A stretch of DNA of 64,000 bases from the human T2T-CHM13v2.0 reference genome, Homo sapiens (GCF_009914755.1 NC_060936.1), one strand, 5' to 3'; numbered from the stretch's first letter, positions 1 to 14,939 are shown. The notes: generated by a model from the letters alone, not told the origin. A program made the numbers and translations.

Positions 1-29
1 TGATAAGGTGGACTGACAGTGGAGGCAAG

Positions 30-880
30 TGCAGTCAATCTTAGATGGGGAGGTTGTCAGGGCAGGCACCTCTGAGAAGGTGACATAGGAGGTGAGTTCC
101 GAATTGTAAGATGAATCCACAGTGTTAAGGGATTGGGGGTTGGGGGGCGGGGGGCAGAAATTATCCAAGCAGAGGGAGCCACACATGATGGCACTGAGGG
201 AGAACCCTACCTCCACTGTTTCAAATAGGAAGTAAGCCAGAGTGACGGGAGGGTGGTCAGTGAAAGGGAGGTGGGAAGAAATAAGGTTAGAAAGGTAGAC
301 AGGGCCAGATGATGTGGAAACTTGAAAGTAACAGTGAGAGTTTGGATTTCTTTCTAAGTGCAACAGGAAGGCATTGGAAGGTTTTCAGCAGATGAGTGGC
401 TTGAATTAAACTTATGCTTTGGAAAGATCATTTGCTGCATGTTGAATGGATTGTGCAAATGGGAAGATCGAAACAGGAGCACTAGTTAGGAGGTTGCTGA
501 CAGTGGCACCAGCAGCTAGGATGGCAGGAATGTAGATGGAGATAACTAGGCAGAGTTTGGAATACACTTCCTCCATTCACTCACATGCCTTAGTTCTCCA
601 CCTGAGGTATGTCTCTACCTAAATGTCACCTTTTCAAAGAGACCTGTCCTGGCCACCCTATCTACAAAAGCAAACCCCACTCCACTCCACTGCCACTCCC
701 TGCCCCCGATCATGCTCCAGCCTCTTATCCCAATTTATTCTCCTTCATGGTGCTTGTCATCTGATATTGTGTTACATGTTTACCTATTCATATATGTGGT
801 CTGCATAACTCACTAAAATATATGCAACATGGAGCCTGGGGTTTTTCTCTTTACTTCTGTAATCCTAAGCACCTAGAATA
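30..880. mobile_element. Old LINE-2-like fragments in both orientations
   Basis: L2-type phrases such as gagtttggatttctttctaagtgcaacaggaaggcattggaaggttt, aaatgtcaccttttcaaagagacc and cctaagcacctagaata. Confidence 0.55.
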
Positions 881-893
881 GAAAGGCTAAGTG

Positions 894-1283
<390 letters not shown>

Positions 1284-2882
1284 TCAGTTTCTGGTCTGAA
1301 CTAGTTTTCAGACACAGATCCCATTATAAGAAGGAGATGCTTTCCTGGGAGACAGGACACTGCAACACCACAGCAAACAGTTGGTAATGAGTCACGCAGT
1401 CCTTCCCAAAAGGGTCCTACCATCACTTACTCTGGTAGCCATGCACTGGAGAAAGGATTAACTAGGCATTGTGAGGATGGGAGAATGCTAATACAACTCA
1501 TTTAATGGGTGACATAGGCTTCCAGCTCTGAGACAGGCCCAGAGCAAGTAAGAGCTCTGTAGCAGGTCCAGACTGTGGTCCAGGCCACCCTGCTTTTTGG
1601 ACAATATGACCCAGCAGACTTTATAATATCAGAGACATCCATGGTAAGAAAAGCTGTCATGTGGTGTTTAAGGCAAGACTAGTAGGAGAATCACAATATA
1701 GACTCCAAGGGTTTTAGATCGAGGCCTACCATGTACAGCAGAGAATCATACACCTTTCAAAAGATAACAACTTGAATGCTACTCGCCCTTGGTAGAGATG
1801 AAATCCCTGACAATGGAACAGCAAGTGAACATGTGGTCAGAATTGCCCATGATCTGGTTCCTAACAGACTCACCAAGTCATAAAGTCAGGTGGATCAGCC
1901 ACAGTCCATTGTAAGATGGAAATAGCACATCCAGGATAGGTCACAAGCAAGGCCAGAAGGAACAAGGAAGCCACACAAGCAGGTGACTTGGACTCCCATG
2001 TCACCCCCCACTGTCTGGCCACATCTTCTCTCAGCTCACACCTGTGGCTGCATGAGAGTCCCTTATAACCAAGTGATGGAGGAAAAAAAAAAAAAGGCTG
2101 AGCTTGTGGATGCGAGCCAAAAGTGAATGCTGCTACCTTACTCAGAGAACACCTTGAAAGACAGCAGTAAATAGAAATCCTCCCAACAGGCAGAGCCTCA
2201 GGTGGTATACCTCGCCAGCTACTTCATGTGGAAAAGGAAGTGGCCTGCAGTAAGAATACAAGTGGGTTTATAGACACTAGTAAACGGTTCAGCTGGTTGG
2301 TCAAGGGTCTGGAAAGAGAAAGATTGAAAGATTGGACAATGAAATCTGAGAAAGAGGCATGTGAATGGTCTTATTGGAATGCACACAATGTGAAAATCAT
2401 TGTATCCATACTATCCACCTACCAGAGAGCATTAACCACAAACAAAGCACTAAAATATCAAGCAGACAGAATGACTTAGCCAGTTGACACCAGCAAGCCT
2501 CTCTCATTGGTGAGAGTGCTGGCACAATGGGTGTGTGAATGAAGTACTGTAGTAGCATGATTGGAAGCTACTCATGGGTTCAACAGCATAGGCTGCCACC
2601 CACAAAAGCTGATCTAGATACTCCCACTGACAATTGTCAGTCTGCCATCGCCAGGCCCCTGATATGACCCAGTCCTTCCAGGAGTTCAACCAATCACTTG
2701 ATGGTAAGTTGATTACATTTGATCCCCTCCACTTGGAAGGAACAGTGGCATATATTCTGGGTATGGGTTTGTCTTTCCTGCCTGCAGGGCTATAGCCTGC
2801 AGTACTGTCCAAAGGCTTATAGAGTGTCTGATGCATTGACTTAGCATCTTGTGTAATAATGCATTGGACAAAGGAACCCAAG

Positions 2883-3364
2883 CAGTGGTTCTCAAAGTGT
2901 GGTCTCTGGACCAGTGGCATCAGCATCACTTGGGAACTTTTTAGAAATGCAAGTTCTTGGGTCCCACCCCAGACTTACTGAATGAGACTCTGAGGCAGGG
3001 CCCAGAAATCTTTTTTTAACAAGCCCATCAGTTGATTTAAAAAAAAATTGTGGGTACATAGTAGGTATATATATTAATGGGTTACATGAGATACTTTGAT
3101 ATAGGCATACAACAAGCAATAATCACATCATGGAAAATGGGGTATCCATTCTCTCAAGCATTTATCCTTTGTGTTATAAACAATCCAATTGTACTCTTTA
3201 TTTTAAAATGTACGATTAAATAATTATTGATTATAGTCACCCTGTTGTGTTATCAAATACTAGGTCTTATTCATTCTTTTTAACTGTATATATTTTTCTG
3301 TACCCATTAACCATGCCCCCTATCCCCACTCAGTCCTTCTTACACCAATGCTAGAGAATGACTG
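2883..3364. mobile_element. MER5A (hAT-Charlie MITE) split by an L1 3' end
   Basis: Starts cagtggttctcaaagtgtgg, internal gcatcagcatcacttgggaac...agaaatgca. The other terminus ...gagaatgactg is at about 3355-3364. Confidence 0.8.
3037..3335 (-). mobile_element. L1MA-type 3' end fragment
   Basis: gggtacatagtaggtatatatatt...tcaagcatttatcctttgtgttataaacaatccaatt. Confidence 0.8.
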
Positions 3365-3929
3365 TTTTATAGCAAAGAAGATGTGACAGTGGACATACAA
3401 TCATAAAATCTCCTGGCCTTATCACATAACGCATCATCAAGAAGTTAGTTACTAGCCAGGTAGAATGGTGAAATGGTCTTTCAGAAGCATAGTACCTGCT
3501 TGGAGATATTACCTTGTATAGATGAGATGCTGCCTTGTAGGATATGGGATACAACTTCTATCTTTTTAAATCAGAATTCCATGAGAGATTTAAGGCATAC
3601 CGAAAATGATTTGCATAACTGTTTTCTCCATTATCCTATTTCTTCCAAGGATGGTCCACAGCTAATACTACCCTAGACTCTTAGGCAGAAAGTTAATCCG
3701 TTTTGTAGAGTGGATGCCTTAGGGCATTCGGGATTAATCATCTTGGAGAATCCTTGCTAAGAATAGCAGCCATAAATCAATGACCATCGTATTGTGCTGT
3801 GGCCCCAGTAGGTAGAATAAATGGATCTGGGAAACACAGTGTGGCTGTAAGAATGGCCTTGCTTCCCATCACTCCCAGTGACCCACTTGGGAGACCTCTG
3901 CTTCTTGTCCCTATAACTCTGGGCTCTGT

Positions 3930-4788
3930 GAGTTTATGGAGAGGGCTTCTTTCCTTAAACCTCATGAGCAAACCTCTGCAAAATTCAACGTTTTCTTCTG
4001 TAGCTTCCTCATTCTTCTCAGCCTTCACAGAATTGAAGTGAGTTAGGGCCTTGCTCTGGATTAGGCTTTGGTTTAAAGGAACGTTGTGGCTGCTTTGATC
4101 TTCTCTCCAGACCACTCCAATATTCTCCATATCAGCAATAGGGCTGTTTCAATTTATCATAATTTGTGTGTTCGCTGGAGTAGCACTTTTAATTTCCTTC
4201 AAGAACCTTTCTTCTGCATTCACATATTGGCTAAATGTTTGATATAAGAAGCCTAGCTTTTGACCCATCTTGATTTTTGACATGCTTTCCTCACCAAATT
4301 TCGTTGTTTCTGGTTTTGATTTAAAGTAAGAGATGTGTGACTCTTCCTTTCACTTTAACAGCTAGAGGCCATTGCAGGGTCATTAATTGACCTAATTTCA
4401 ATATTTTTGTGTCTCAGGGAATAGAGGGAAAGGTAGAGAAATGGGAGAACAGCCGGTTGGTGGAGTAGGCAGAACACACACAACATTTATTAAGTTTGCT
4501 GTCTTAAATGGGTCCAGTTTGTGATGCCCCAAAACAATTGCAATAGTAAAAATTTTTTTAAAAAAAATCATAGATCACAGATCACCATAACAAATATAAT
4601 AATAATGAAAAGTTTGAAATATTGTGAGAATTACCAAAATATGACACAGAGACAGGAAGTGAGCACATGGCTGGAAAAATGGTGCTGATAGACTTGCTCC
4701 ATGCAGGGCTGCCACACATCTTCCACTTGGGAAAATGTGGTACTTGTGAAGCAAGTAAAGTGGTGTGCAATAAGATGAGGTATGCCTA
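3930..4788 (-). mobile_element. Tigger1 DNA transposon, 5' portion with transposase remnant
   Basis: ORF 3777..4130(-) contains DQSSHNVPLNQSLIQSKALTHFNSVKAE...RGLLMRFKERS (CENP-B HTH-type transposase). Terminal repeat gaggtatgcct at about 4778-4788. Confidence 0.88.
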
Positions 4789-5217
4789 TATATGTAAAGA
4801 ACTTGAAATCACACCTATCACCCAGTAAGCACTAGACAAATCTAAGCCATCATTATTCCCCATGTAAATCTTTCCATGTCAACTGACAACAGCACCAAAT
4901 GACTGTGATGGCGTATAATATTCTGTAATTTATTCAGTCTCTCTTCTTTTGAAGAGTTTTCTCTTTTTTCCCCATTTCTTCCCCCTCATACAGGCAGCAT
5001 TGCAATATATATCTGTGTACTTATGTCTTGTTGTATTGCTGTTTGATTTCTATAACATTAAAACCGAGGTGGATGGTTGGCGTGAAGGCTATATGTATTT
5101 TTAATTTTAAGAAACGTTGTCATTTTGCCTCCACTAAATAAGGCTGCAAGTAAGTCTTCATATTTTCTCCAGTAATATATAAAAGTACAGTTTTCCCTAC
5201 ATGCTCACCAATACTAG

Positions 5218-5566
<349 letters not shown>

Positions 5567-8500
5567 TCACTGATTCTTTAATTTGCAGCTCCATAATTTT
5601 AGGGAATTCAAGCACCCTTTCATGATGGTTAACCATTTACTCCATTTTTCTATTGGGTTGCTTGCATTTTTCTTGTCAACTTCAAACAGCTCTTTGTATA
5701 GCATATATATCAACCTCTTATTTGACTTCCCTTAAAACAACCTCAGTGCTAACCATGGGGTATAGCCATTGCTGAAGTTTGGGTGTTTGTCCCCTCAAAC
5801 CTCATGTTAAAATTTGATCCCCTAAAGCCTTCCTGCCTAAATAGAAAGGTTCCAGGTACTTTCATGTGGTAAGAGTTCAAGGTCTTTTCTGACACTGCCT
5901 TCCCAGCTCTGCACTCCCTACTCCTTTTCTGCTCCTAAAACTCCCTCCATCTTCTGATTTTTGACTGGAATGCTTTTCTCCTGCCGCTTCCTCTGTACAA
6001 ACCCTATTCATTCTTAACGCGTCTGTTTCTCTGAATGCTGTCCTGACCACTCTAGCCTGATGTGAACTCTTCTCATTCTGGACTCTCACAGTAATTATTA
6101 TCTGCCCACGCATTTGGCAATTGGTCATTGTCTCCTCAAGATCCTACTGGAAACAAATCCCCCACCAAACCACCTTAAGCAAGAAGGGAAATTTATTATC
6201 TCGCACAGCAAGAGCTCTGAGTTAGGACATGCTCCGAGGTTGATTTGAGAACTTAAAAGAGTTGTTGGAGATCCATGTTTTCTCCACACTGCCATCCTAT
6301 GTCTGCTTTCTTCATGGGCATAAGATGGCTGTCAAAAGCAGCTAGGGCAACATACTTCTTTGTTTATACCTAGTGGCAGAGAGCAGGAACTCTCTCCCCA
6401 GGCAGTGACTCAGTCTCTCCTTTCAGTCTGATTGAGCCAACATCAGTCGCATGCCCATTGCTGGCAGTAGCATTGCAACCGTTACTGGTCCAGCAGTGGG
6501 CATGTCACCAATGTTGGCTCAATCAGAATGAACATGCTAAGTCTTATACTAATTAGGACCTACACCTGAACCTCCCCCACATCACCTAGGAGGAGTGGAT
6601 ACTTTAATAAAGTTGGGGTCTGGTAGGAATCAAGAAAAGGGGAGATGAATGTCATATGTTGCCCTGTGACAAGTATTTATTAGCTTGAATTGCTATTAAC
6701 AGCTTTTATTGTCATCTTTTCATATTTTTCATATCTGTTCCTCCCAGGTAGATTAAAACACGTGAGGCAAAGCCTATACCTTGTAACTCTTCAATTACTT
6801 TCTTATAGATGTGCCAGTAAATATGAATTGGTTGGATTTGACTTCTCAGTGATACACAATGATTCTCTACCTGGACTAACACCACAGAGGATGCCATAGA
6901 AACTTCTGAGATTTCGATGATAAATATAAAAAGTTGAAGCTTTGGGGAGCCCAAGCCAGGAAGCTGGAGGTCTGTTTGAAATCCTGTTGAGCTCCTCCCC
7001 TACCTCTGCTCCAGAAACTACATGGATATTAGCATCAACACTAATCAAAAGAATAAGATCAAGGATACTGAAGAGCTGCAATGCAATAGATTTCTTTATC
7101 CTTGATACTTAGATCTGAGCACAGTTCACTGTTGAGAACTGCACAGTTTGCCTTAACTAGAAAGTGTGCATTTTCTTATTTCCTCTCTGGGATGACAGTG
7201 ATCACCAAAAAATTGATATTTAAGATACTTCATTTATTCAATCATTTAACAAACATCTGCTTTGAATATCTATTACCAAGTTCTGTGCTAGGAACAGAAA
7301 ATACAAAATTTCATAAGAAATGATTTCTACCCTTCAATTGCTCATTAAAAGAGCTGCTACCACTTCTTCAAATTTGGTAGTAGTTATTTCTGTGAGGTCA
7401 CTGGGTTCAGACCTTAACCTATCAACTGGAGTGTCTGCTCTAGAGCTAAGTGCTTTGCTGTGGACACTTGCTATTTTGGGGATAAGAAGTATGATCTCAT
7501 CTTCTCTTCGATGTTTAGCCTAAGGTGATTCACTTCATTCAGCTTTAACATCACTAAAATGTGAATTCATACTATTAGCGTACTTCTAGTACAAGCTATA
7601 AAACCCATTACCCATGTGTAAGGCATAATTCTGACAGCCTAAGCTGGAGAATATCATTAGCTAAAGTAGAGTAAGATTGGGTGAGGTGGTTGTTAAGAGG
7701 TTTCTGAATGAGTCTGAGTCAGGCCTCCAGGGCTAAATTTATTAATGAGTCATTTTCCTTGCCTAGCAGACACTGTGGCAGAAAGTGAAAGAGGAAGAAG
7801 CCATTCGACGTCTGTTTTTAAAAATGTGTTCTGTCCCTCAGTCCGCCAAAGTAGGTTTCAACATATTTTAGCATTTTAGGCTAATACTTGTAACCAAAAT
7901 GTTTTCCTGGTTCCTCTCAGTTTGCAAAAAACAAGTGAGGTCTTTTTTCCAGGAATGGGGAGACTGGTTTTCATCTCCTCCCAGAGGGGGCAGATTGTAA
8001 ATTCCTAGTGGCCAGATATAGCATCTACTACCTTGCTCTGTGCAGAACCTGAAATTCAAATCTGATTATTCCAGGCTTTACTAAAAGCATCTTGATGACA
8101 ATGATGGTGACATTCCTCACATTCTCTTGCCTTATGTAATTTTAACAGCTTTCATCTCGGATCTATACCAACTTTCCACCTGCATAGCTTTATCCTGGGT
8201 CTTTTCATGGGAGATGTCCCAATCAAGATCTCAAATTTGTCCTTTCATCTTTCTCTTGAAACCTCCCCATCTGTTCTCTCTTCCACTCACTCATAAGAAC
8301 TAAAAATCCTCTTCTACCCTTCTGCTAGATTAAATCACTTATCATTTCTTTCTGTCACACCAGGACATAGGAGCCCTTCTGACTCCATTCAATGCCCCAT
8401 TCAACTTAAAGTCCGTGGTCAGCAATTACAACAATGTCCCCATCATCCTAGACACATTTATCCATTTGGCACTTAGCCACATCTATCATGCCACCCCCAA

Positions 8501-8932
8501 ACCATGGTGTGCACCCACTATGTTCTCTGGACCTGCCTTTGACAATATGAGGCTGTGAGATAAAGACCAAAATCTTATGGGACTGGCCTTCTGTAAATTT
8601 ACACTATAAAGTCCAACTGATCTGCAACATTAGGGAGATTTTAAAATTCTGTCAGAAGGCTTAAAACATTTCTCCTGGCCAGTATGTCCAAATACTTTGT
8701 TTTCTTCAAATATCCAGCCACATAATCCTTGATCTTTGCAAATTAATCTTCTAGATTTATAAGTAATATTAATGTTATTCCATAATTTCTTTTCTCCTTC
8801 TCCCCCTCCTCCTTCCTCTTCTCTCTGGTCTGCAAGTATACATATGTGTGTGTATATATATATGCATACACACATCTCTATATCCATTTGTCAGTCTGTC
8901 TGTCTATCAACTATCATCTCCTGATTGCGTTC

Positions 8933-9805
8933 TGTCTTAGCTCAGGCCTATGGTACGTTGTCCAGATCCCCCTTCAAGGAATGACCTGCCACCCAATTGT
9001 GGACAGTGTGATCAGCTGATATTGTCCAGCTGTCATCTTCTTCAGGGTCTGCCTCAGTTGCCTTGCCTTGCATCCTTGCAGGAGTGGTCCACATCCATGC
9101 CAGAGAAAAGTGGGTCTAAAGGCCTGGTTGTTTCAGCCACTGCAGGATTGTTGACTTGGAATCTTAGCCCTTGAGCTACCTGTCATCTTCAGCTTTCTCT
9201 GTTTAATCCTGTTTCTTTGTTCTTCCTTTATGCGTGTTCATCCATAATATGTGGCTTGACCCCAAAATGTGTCTTAGTGTCTCCTTCTAGAGAACCCAAT
9301 CTAAGAGTAGTCCTAGGAAATACACAGTAAGTTAGAGTTTCATTTCCAGCTGGCAGTGAGGGTACTGGATACCATTGCTGGTGGAAGGTGGATCACAGAT
9401 AGCCCCTGGCCCAGTGTGTTGATCTGATGGTTAAACTTTTACTGGTGGTGAACTGGGAAGGTGTACTGATAGCAAAGAATGCTCTAGAGGGTATGATGTA
9501 TCAGGTTTCTGAGGCATACAAAGGAAATTATAGCTAAAAGGATAATGATATTCCTCAATACTGATTGCTAAGGCCATTGATGCCCTGCAGAAACACAACA
9601 AATATCTGAGTAACAGATAATTGAATGCTAAGTGGAAGAGCCAGTGGTTTTGTTGTTTTCATGCAGAAGTCCTCATCTCCTGAAGCTGCAAGAAGAGACA
9701 GAGCCCAGCCTGATAATCTGAGGACTGAACTTCAAAGGTGGTTAAACTTTCAGCCAAAGCAGGTCTCATGCCAACATCAGGACCCTGATTGGGGGGAAAT
9801 GGGAA
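8933..9805 (+). mobile_element. ERVL-class LTR (LTR16-like, about 8933-9305) followed by an internal gag relic
   Basis: LTR end ...ctagagaacccaatctaaga. The downstream translation ELQRWLNFQPKQVS resembles ERVL gag. Confidence 0.6.
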
Positions 9806-9983
9806 GGGGAATTCTGGGTGGATTTATATATTTTTACTACGGCATTTGGAACATTATACTTTTCTTTTTTATTTTCTTTTTTTTTTTTTTTGGAAGCAAG
9901 AGGGATCACTTTATTTTTTAGAATACCAGGACTTTAGTGTCTCTGAATTCCCAGCTCTCAGGAGCTAAGTCAGCCTTACTCAC

Positions 9984-10041
9984 TTTTTTTTCTTTAATTT
10001 ATTTATTTATTATTATTATTATACTTTAAGTTTTAGGGTAC
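9984..10041 (-). mobile_element. Extremely 5'-truncated young L1PA 3' end
   Basis: T-rich tail followed by attatactttaagttttagggtac. Confidence 0.7.
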
Positions 10042-10233
10042 TTTCTTATTTATTTATCTGATTCTCCCATAGGCTTTTAACCCTTTGACTGTCGGTTTTA
10101 TATTTTACTCCTTGTTGTCTCCCACTCCCCTCTCCTTCATCGCACAGCCCCTCTGTAGCTCATAGAAAGCTGCTTGACAGGTAGTGAATTCTCAGTACAA
10201 GTTTTCATGAATGACTCTCCAGTGTTTGCCTGA

Positions 10234-10558
<325 letters not shown>

Positions 10559-13289
10559 TCCTTAACATGTATACTTTCATCTTTACTACCTAGATCCAGA
10601 GGGAAATGTATTCACTTCTATCTTCTTTTTGACTTTTCAGTGTCTTCAGTTTTTTCTCTCTATTATCTGTCTTTCCATGTAGTATTACCACAGAGTGAGG
10701 GCTTTGCAAGTATCAGCTTAATGAATGAGTCTTCCATTGTTTCTCCCCATGAGTCTTCCACATTGATAAACCTGATCTCTCAACCAAAGCCATGGTTAAT
10801 CTCAACTCTACACCATTACCTATGCTGCTGTTCTCTATCTGTCCCCTCAGGTTCTACAGTGGGGATGGAAACTAACAAAAGATAATATACCCAGAGTAGT
10901 GATTTATACCAGCAACAAGAAAGTATTGCATAGACGAGGGGCTAGTCAACCAAATGCTACCCTAAAGTGGGCAAATTGATAGAGCCTGTCTATGAGGAAC
11001 GGGTATTGCCAACAGTAAGATTTCATTCTCTTGTCTTAAAAATGCTCTTTTTGTCTGTATCTTTAGTGAACCTTCCTTCATGTTCACACTCTCTTTTTTC
11101 CTCCATTCCTTCTTTGGGCTTAGTCTTTTCAGATGATACAAGCCTGTGTTTTTATTCCCCACCCCCACTATGTTCCCACAATGGCTCCACTACAACCTCT
11201 ACTTTGATCCCACTAGGTAGATATTGAAGGAGCTGATGTGCTACTTATTAGAAGTCCTGTGGGTTAGGAGGTCTAGGTTATTAGTCTAAGTGGAGTCCAA
11301 TCTTAAAGTTTCAATGTGTTTATGGATTTGGAGATGAGAGAGGCTCTGGTAAATGATCAGTTTTGGAAGACAAACCCATAAACTTTATCGAAAGCACAGG
11401 GTCAGTGTCACAGGAGAGACACAATTTTCAGTGAAGCGAAGTCTTTGTTGCTGAAATCATGTCATGCCTATTCACCCCTTCAATCTTACCTCCAGCCCCA
11501 CACACCCAGTTACTCATGCCAGGGCTGTAGGGGAAAGGAGAACTTGAAAAATAATATAGCACTTTTTTTTTAAGTTTAAGAACCCACATGATAGCTGGAG
11601 ATATCAGAGTGGAGCATAATGTTGAATGTCAAGTTTACCCATTTTGTTTTGGAGAAAGCAACTTATTAGAGCAAGAAGGGTAACAGCGGTAGAGTAACAC
11701 TAGAACAGAGACTTATGAAGGCCTAAAGACCCAGGGAAAACTTGTTTCCTTTGTGTCCTTCCAGGTTTAATCCTTCCCCTTCACCATCCCTGAGAGCACT
11801 TCTATCATATTTCTAACCCTTGTTTTGAAGCCCTTCATGGGCAGCCCCATTCTCCATATCGCTTCCTTTTGAACTCTAAAATGCTCATGGTCTGTCAATC
11901 ATTTTGGTCCTGAATCACTATTTTATATCTATCTGGCTTACTCTTTGCAGAGAATAGACACTGGTTTCTGAATTGTCTATAGTATCCAGCAGAATGTTAG
12001 GTCTTCCAGCTGTGACGTGGAAAAATCTGTTGAAACATTAATGATCTAAGATAAGGGCTAAATGTGAAATAAGAAAACATTGACTTTCTGACCTTGCATT
12101 CTGCTTCTTTCTCATTAATGTTTCCCTTATGGCTTTTTTTTCTCTCCCTCCAAGGTCACCCAGCCAAAATAATCTACTCTGCCTGCCCAAGTGTGAAGCC
12201 TAGTGTGAAACCTACTCCAGAGGTGAAACCCCACCAAGAGATGAAAACCACTTTGGGAAATACCTTATGTCTGATATTTTCTTCTTCATTTTTTGATAGG
12301 ACTTTTTTTTTCCTGCTCAAAAGTGACTATCTGGTAGTACATTCCCAGAGGATCCTGGCCAGGTAACAGAGAAGTCTGAAAGGCTACCTTGAGATAAGGT
12401 ACTAACAGCCTGTGGTAGCTTTAATAGAATATTCTGGTTTAAATAACAACCTTGAACATCCAACTTATTCAGATTCAACAAACATCTATCGAGTATTTAC
12501 CCTCTGCAGATAAGACAAGGCCATGTATTAGATGTTTCCTCATGTGTTATATCATTTAGTGATTACAACAAACATCAAAGGTAGCATCCCTACTTTACAA
12601 AGTAAAACACAGATACTCAGAAAGGGTAATTTATTCACTGAAAGTCAAAGTGAGATGAATTCAAACATAGGTCCTCTAACACCCAGGGCACAGACTGATG
12701 ATGTTCATGACCAGCTGAGTTTATGAAATCTCTTACGCTGTCTGTCCCTAATCTGCCTATACATTAGCAAGGTGTAGAGAAGCACCATGCTTCTGTCCAA
12801 CGTAACAGGGTTAGAAGGTCACTTTTCTGCATGTTTCTACATTATTTTCAAAACTGCCATTCATCTGCGTTTTCAAATAAATATCAACAAAATTACTTTT
12901 GTTAACCTGTAGTTACTTTGCTATCCTACAGCCTTAGTCACATGTAAGCAGATTACTAGAGCAGCATGTGTTTCAAATCTCTTCCTGGGAAGGAGTCAAC
13001 AGGTGGAAAAACAAATGCTAAGCAAACCATCTAGAAGACTCCTTCTCAAGGCTTTAAATGCAAAACAATGTGGATAGGACACATGGATATATCGTGCCAT
13101 CTTCTGCTTTAGAAAATGATTACTTTGCACCTGTGACCCATTTACTAAACCTCAAAACTCTTGGTTTAAGATATGTTGTTTTGTAATTAAGCTTTTGAAA
13201 TGCACATTTGTTGGCTTTTGTCCTGTGCTTGTTATTATCTGAACTATGACCAATTATAAATTCTAAGCTATTTAGAGTCTTAAAAACAA

Positions 13290-14265
13290 ATGGATATCTA
13301 TACTTCGTGATTTACACAAATATTAACTTTATTAGCTACAAAAAATTATAAATTGGACTTTATATAAAATTAAAACCTGTTCTTCAAAAAAGAAAATAAA
13401 ACACAAGCCACAAACAGGAGAAAATATTTTCAATGCACATATCTGGAAAAGAACTTGTAACCAGAGTATAGTAAAAGCTCTTACAACTCAGCAGTAAGAA
13501 GATAAAACAAAAATAGGCAAAATGTGAATAAAGAGTTCATGAAAGAAGAGCTAAATGGCAAATAATCACATGAAAAGATCTTCAACATCATTAATCATCA
13601 GAGAAATGAAAATAAATACCATGAAATATTGTATACCCATTATAATTGCTAAAAGTAAAAGGACTGAAAATTCCAACTGTTGGAGAATTTGGAACAACTG
13701 GCACTCTTGCAAAATAGTACAGCAACTTTGGAAAACAGTTTGGCAAATTTCTAAATGTTAAATATAAACTTTCCAAACCACTCAGCAATTCTGTTCCTAG
13801 ATATCTACTCACAAGACAAAAAGTGCATGTAAAAATAAATAAATAAATAACTTATAGACAAATATTTATAGCAACTTTATTTGTAAAAAGCTTGGAAAAC
13901 AACACAAATCACCAACTACAAATAAATAAACAAATACATTGGGGTATTTCCATGTAATGAAATTCTTAGCAGTAGAAAGAAACAAACTACTGATACATAG
14001 AACAACATGGATAAACATCAAATACATTATTCTACGCAAAATAGTCCATATATAAGAGATTATATACATATGATTGCATTTCTAAGAATTTATAGAACTG
14101 GCAAAACTAATCTATGATGATAGAAATCAGATCAGTGATTGGCTGAAATCAGATCAGTGGTTGCCTGAGAGCTGTGAAGAGGGGACAGGAGATCATAAAG
14201 GGACACAAAATAATTTTCTGAAGAGATGAAAATAGTCTACATCTTAAATGGGAAGTTTGTTATAT
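13290..14265 (+). mobile_element. Old L1M (MD/ME-like) 3' fragment
   Basis: ORF2 C-terminal remnant MANNHMKRSSTSLIIREMKI followed by an L1M 3' UTR. Confidence 0.75.
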
Positions 14266-14272
14266 GTGTGTG

Positions 14273-14314
<42 letters not shown>

Positions 14315-14324
14315 TGTGTGTGTA

Positions 14325-14359
<35 letters not shown>
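14264..14359. repeat. Compound (TG)n/(TA)n microsatellite
   Basis: Seen directly: about 95 bp of mostly TG repeats with interruptions. Confidence 0.97.
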
Positions 14360-14360
<1 letters not shown>

Positions 14361-14939
14361 AAAAGTTCTTAACTTATAAGACTGCAATACAATAGCTTTT
14401 GAGCAACTAATGGGTCAAAGAAGAAATCAAAAGGAAAATTAGAAAACATCTTGAGACAAACCGAAAACACAATATACCAAACTAATTAGATGCAGCAAAA
14501 GCATTTCTAATAAATACCTACATTAAAAAAGAAAAAATATCTCTAACTTTACACCTCAACAAACTAGAAGAAGAACAAACTAAGCCCAAAGTTAACAGAA
14601 GGAGTAAATAATAAATATTACAGCAGAAATTAATGAAATATATAATAGAAAAGCAACAGAAAAATAATCATAACCAAGAGTTGGATTTTTTTAAGTTGAC
14701 AAACCTTTAGCTAGACTAAGAAAAAAGAGACAGAATTCAAATAAAATCAGAAGTAAAAGAGGAAACATTACAACTGATGCCACAGGAATAAAAAGGATCA
14801 TAAGGGACTATTATGAATGCCAACAAACTGGATAATCTTGAAGAAATGGATAAATTCCTAGACATATAACCTACCAAACGTGCATCACGAAGAAGTATAA
14901 AGTCTGAACAGGCCATAACTAATAAGGAGATTGAATCGG

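Larger units (their letters stand above)
1300..3930 (+). mobile_element. Degenerate ERVL-class pol relic (RNase H plus integrase), interrupted by MER5A and L1
   Basis: Decayed translations include KSSQQAE, WKRKWPAVRI...AGWSRVWKEKD*KIG, VKIIVS...QADRMT, W*VDYI...YSGYGFVFPA, DKGT|FIAK and ITPSDPL. Stops and frameshifts are frequent. Confidence 0.8.

Noticed and set aside
3777-4130. Domesticated TIGD/CENP-B-like transposase gene
   Set aside because: It is a truncated Tigger1 fragment whose ORF runs on into antisense ERVL sequence, with no DDE domain.
6690-7523. Hydrophobic short ORFs and an acceptor-like site (about 6808) as possible exons of a neighbouring gene
   Set aside because: No recognisable protein similarity and no [14 protein letters not shown] structure can be supported from sequence alone.
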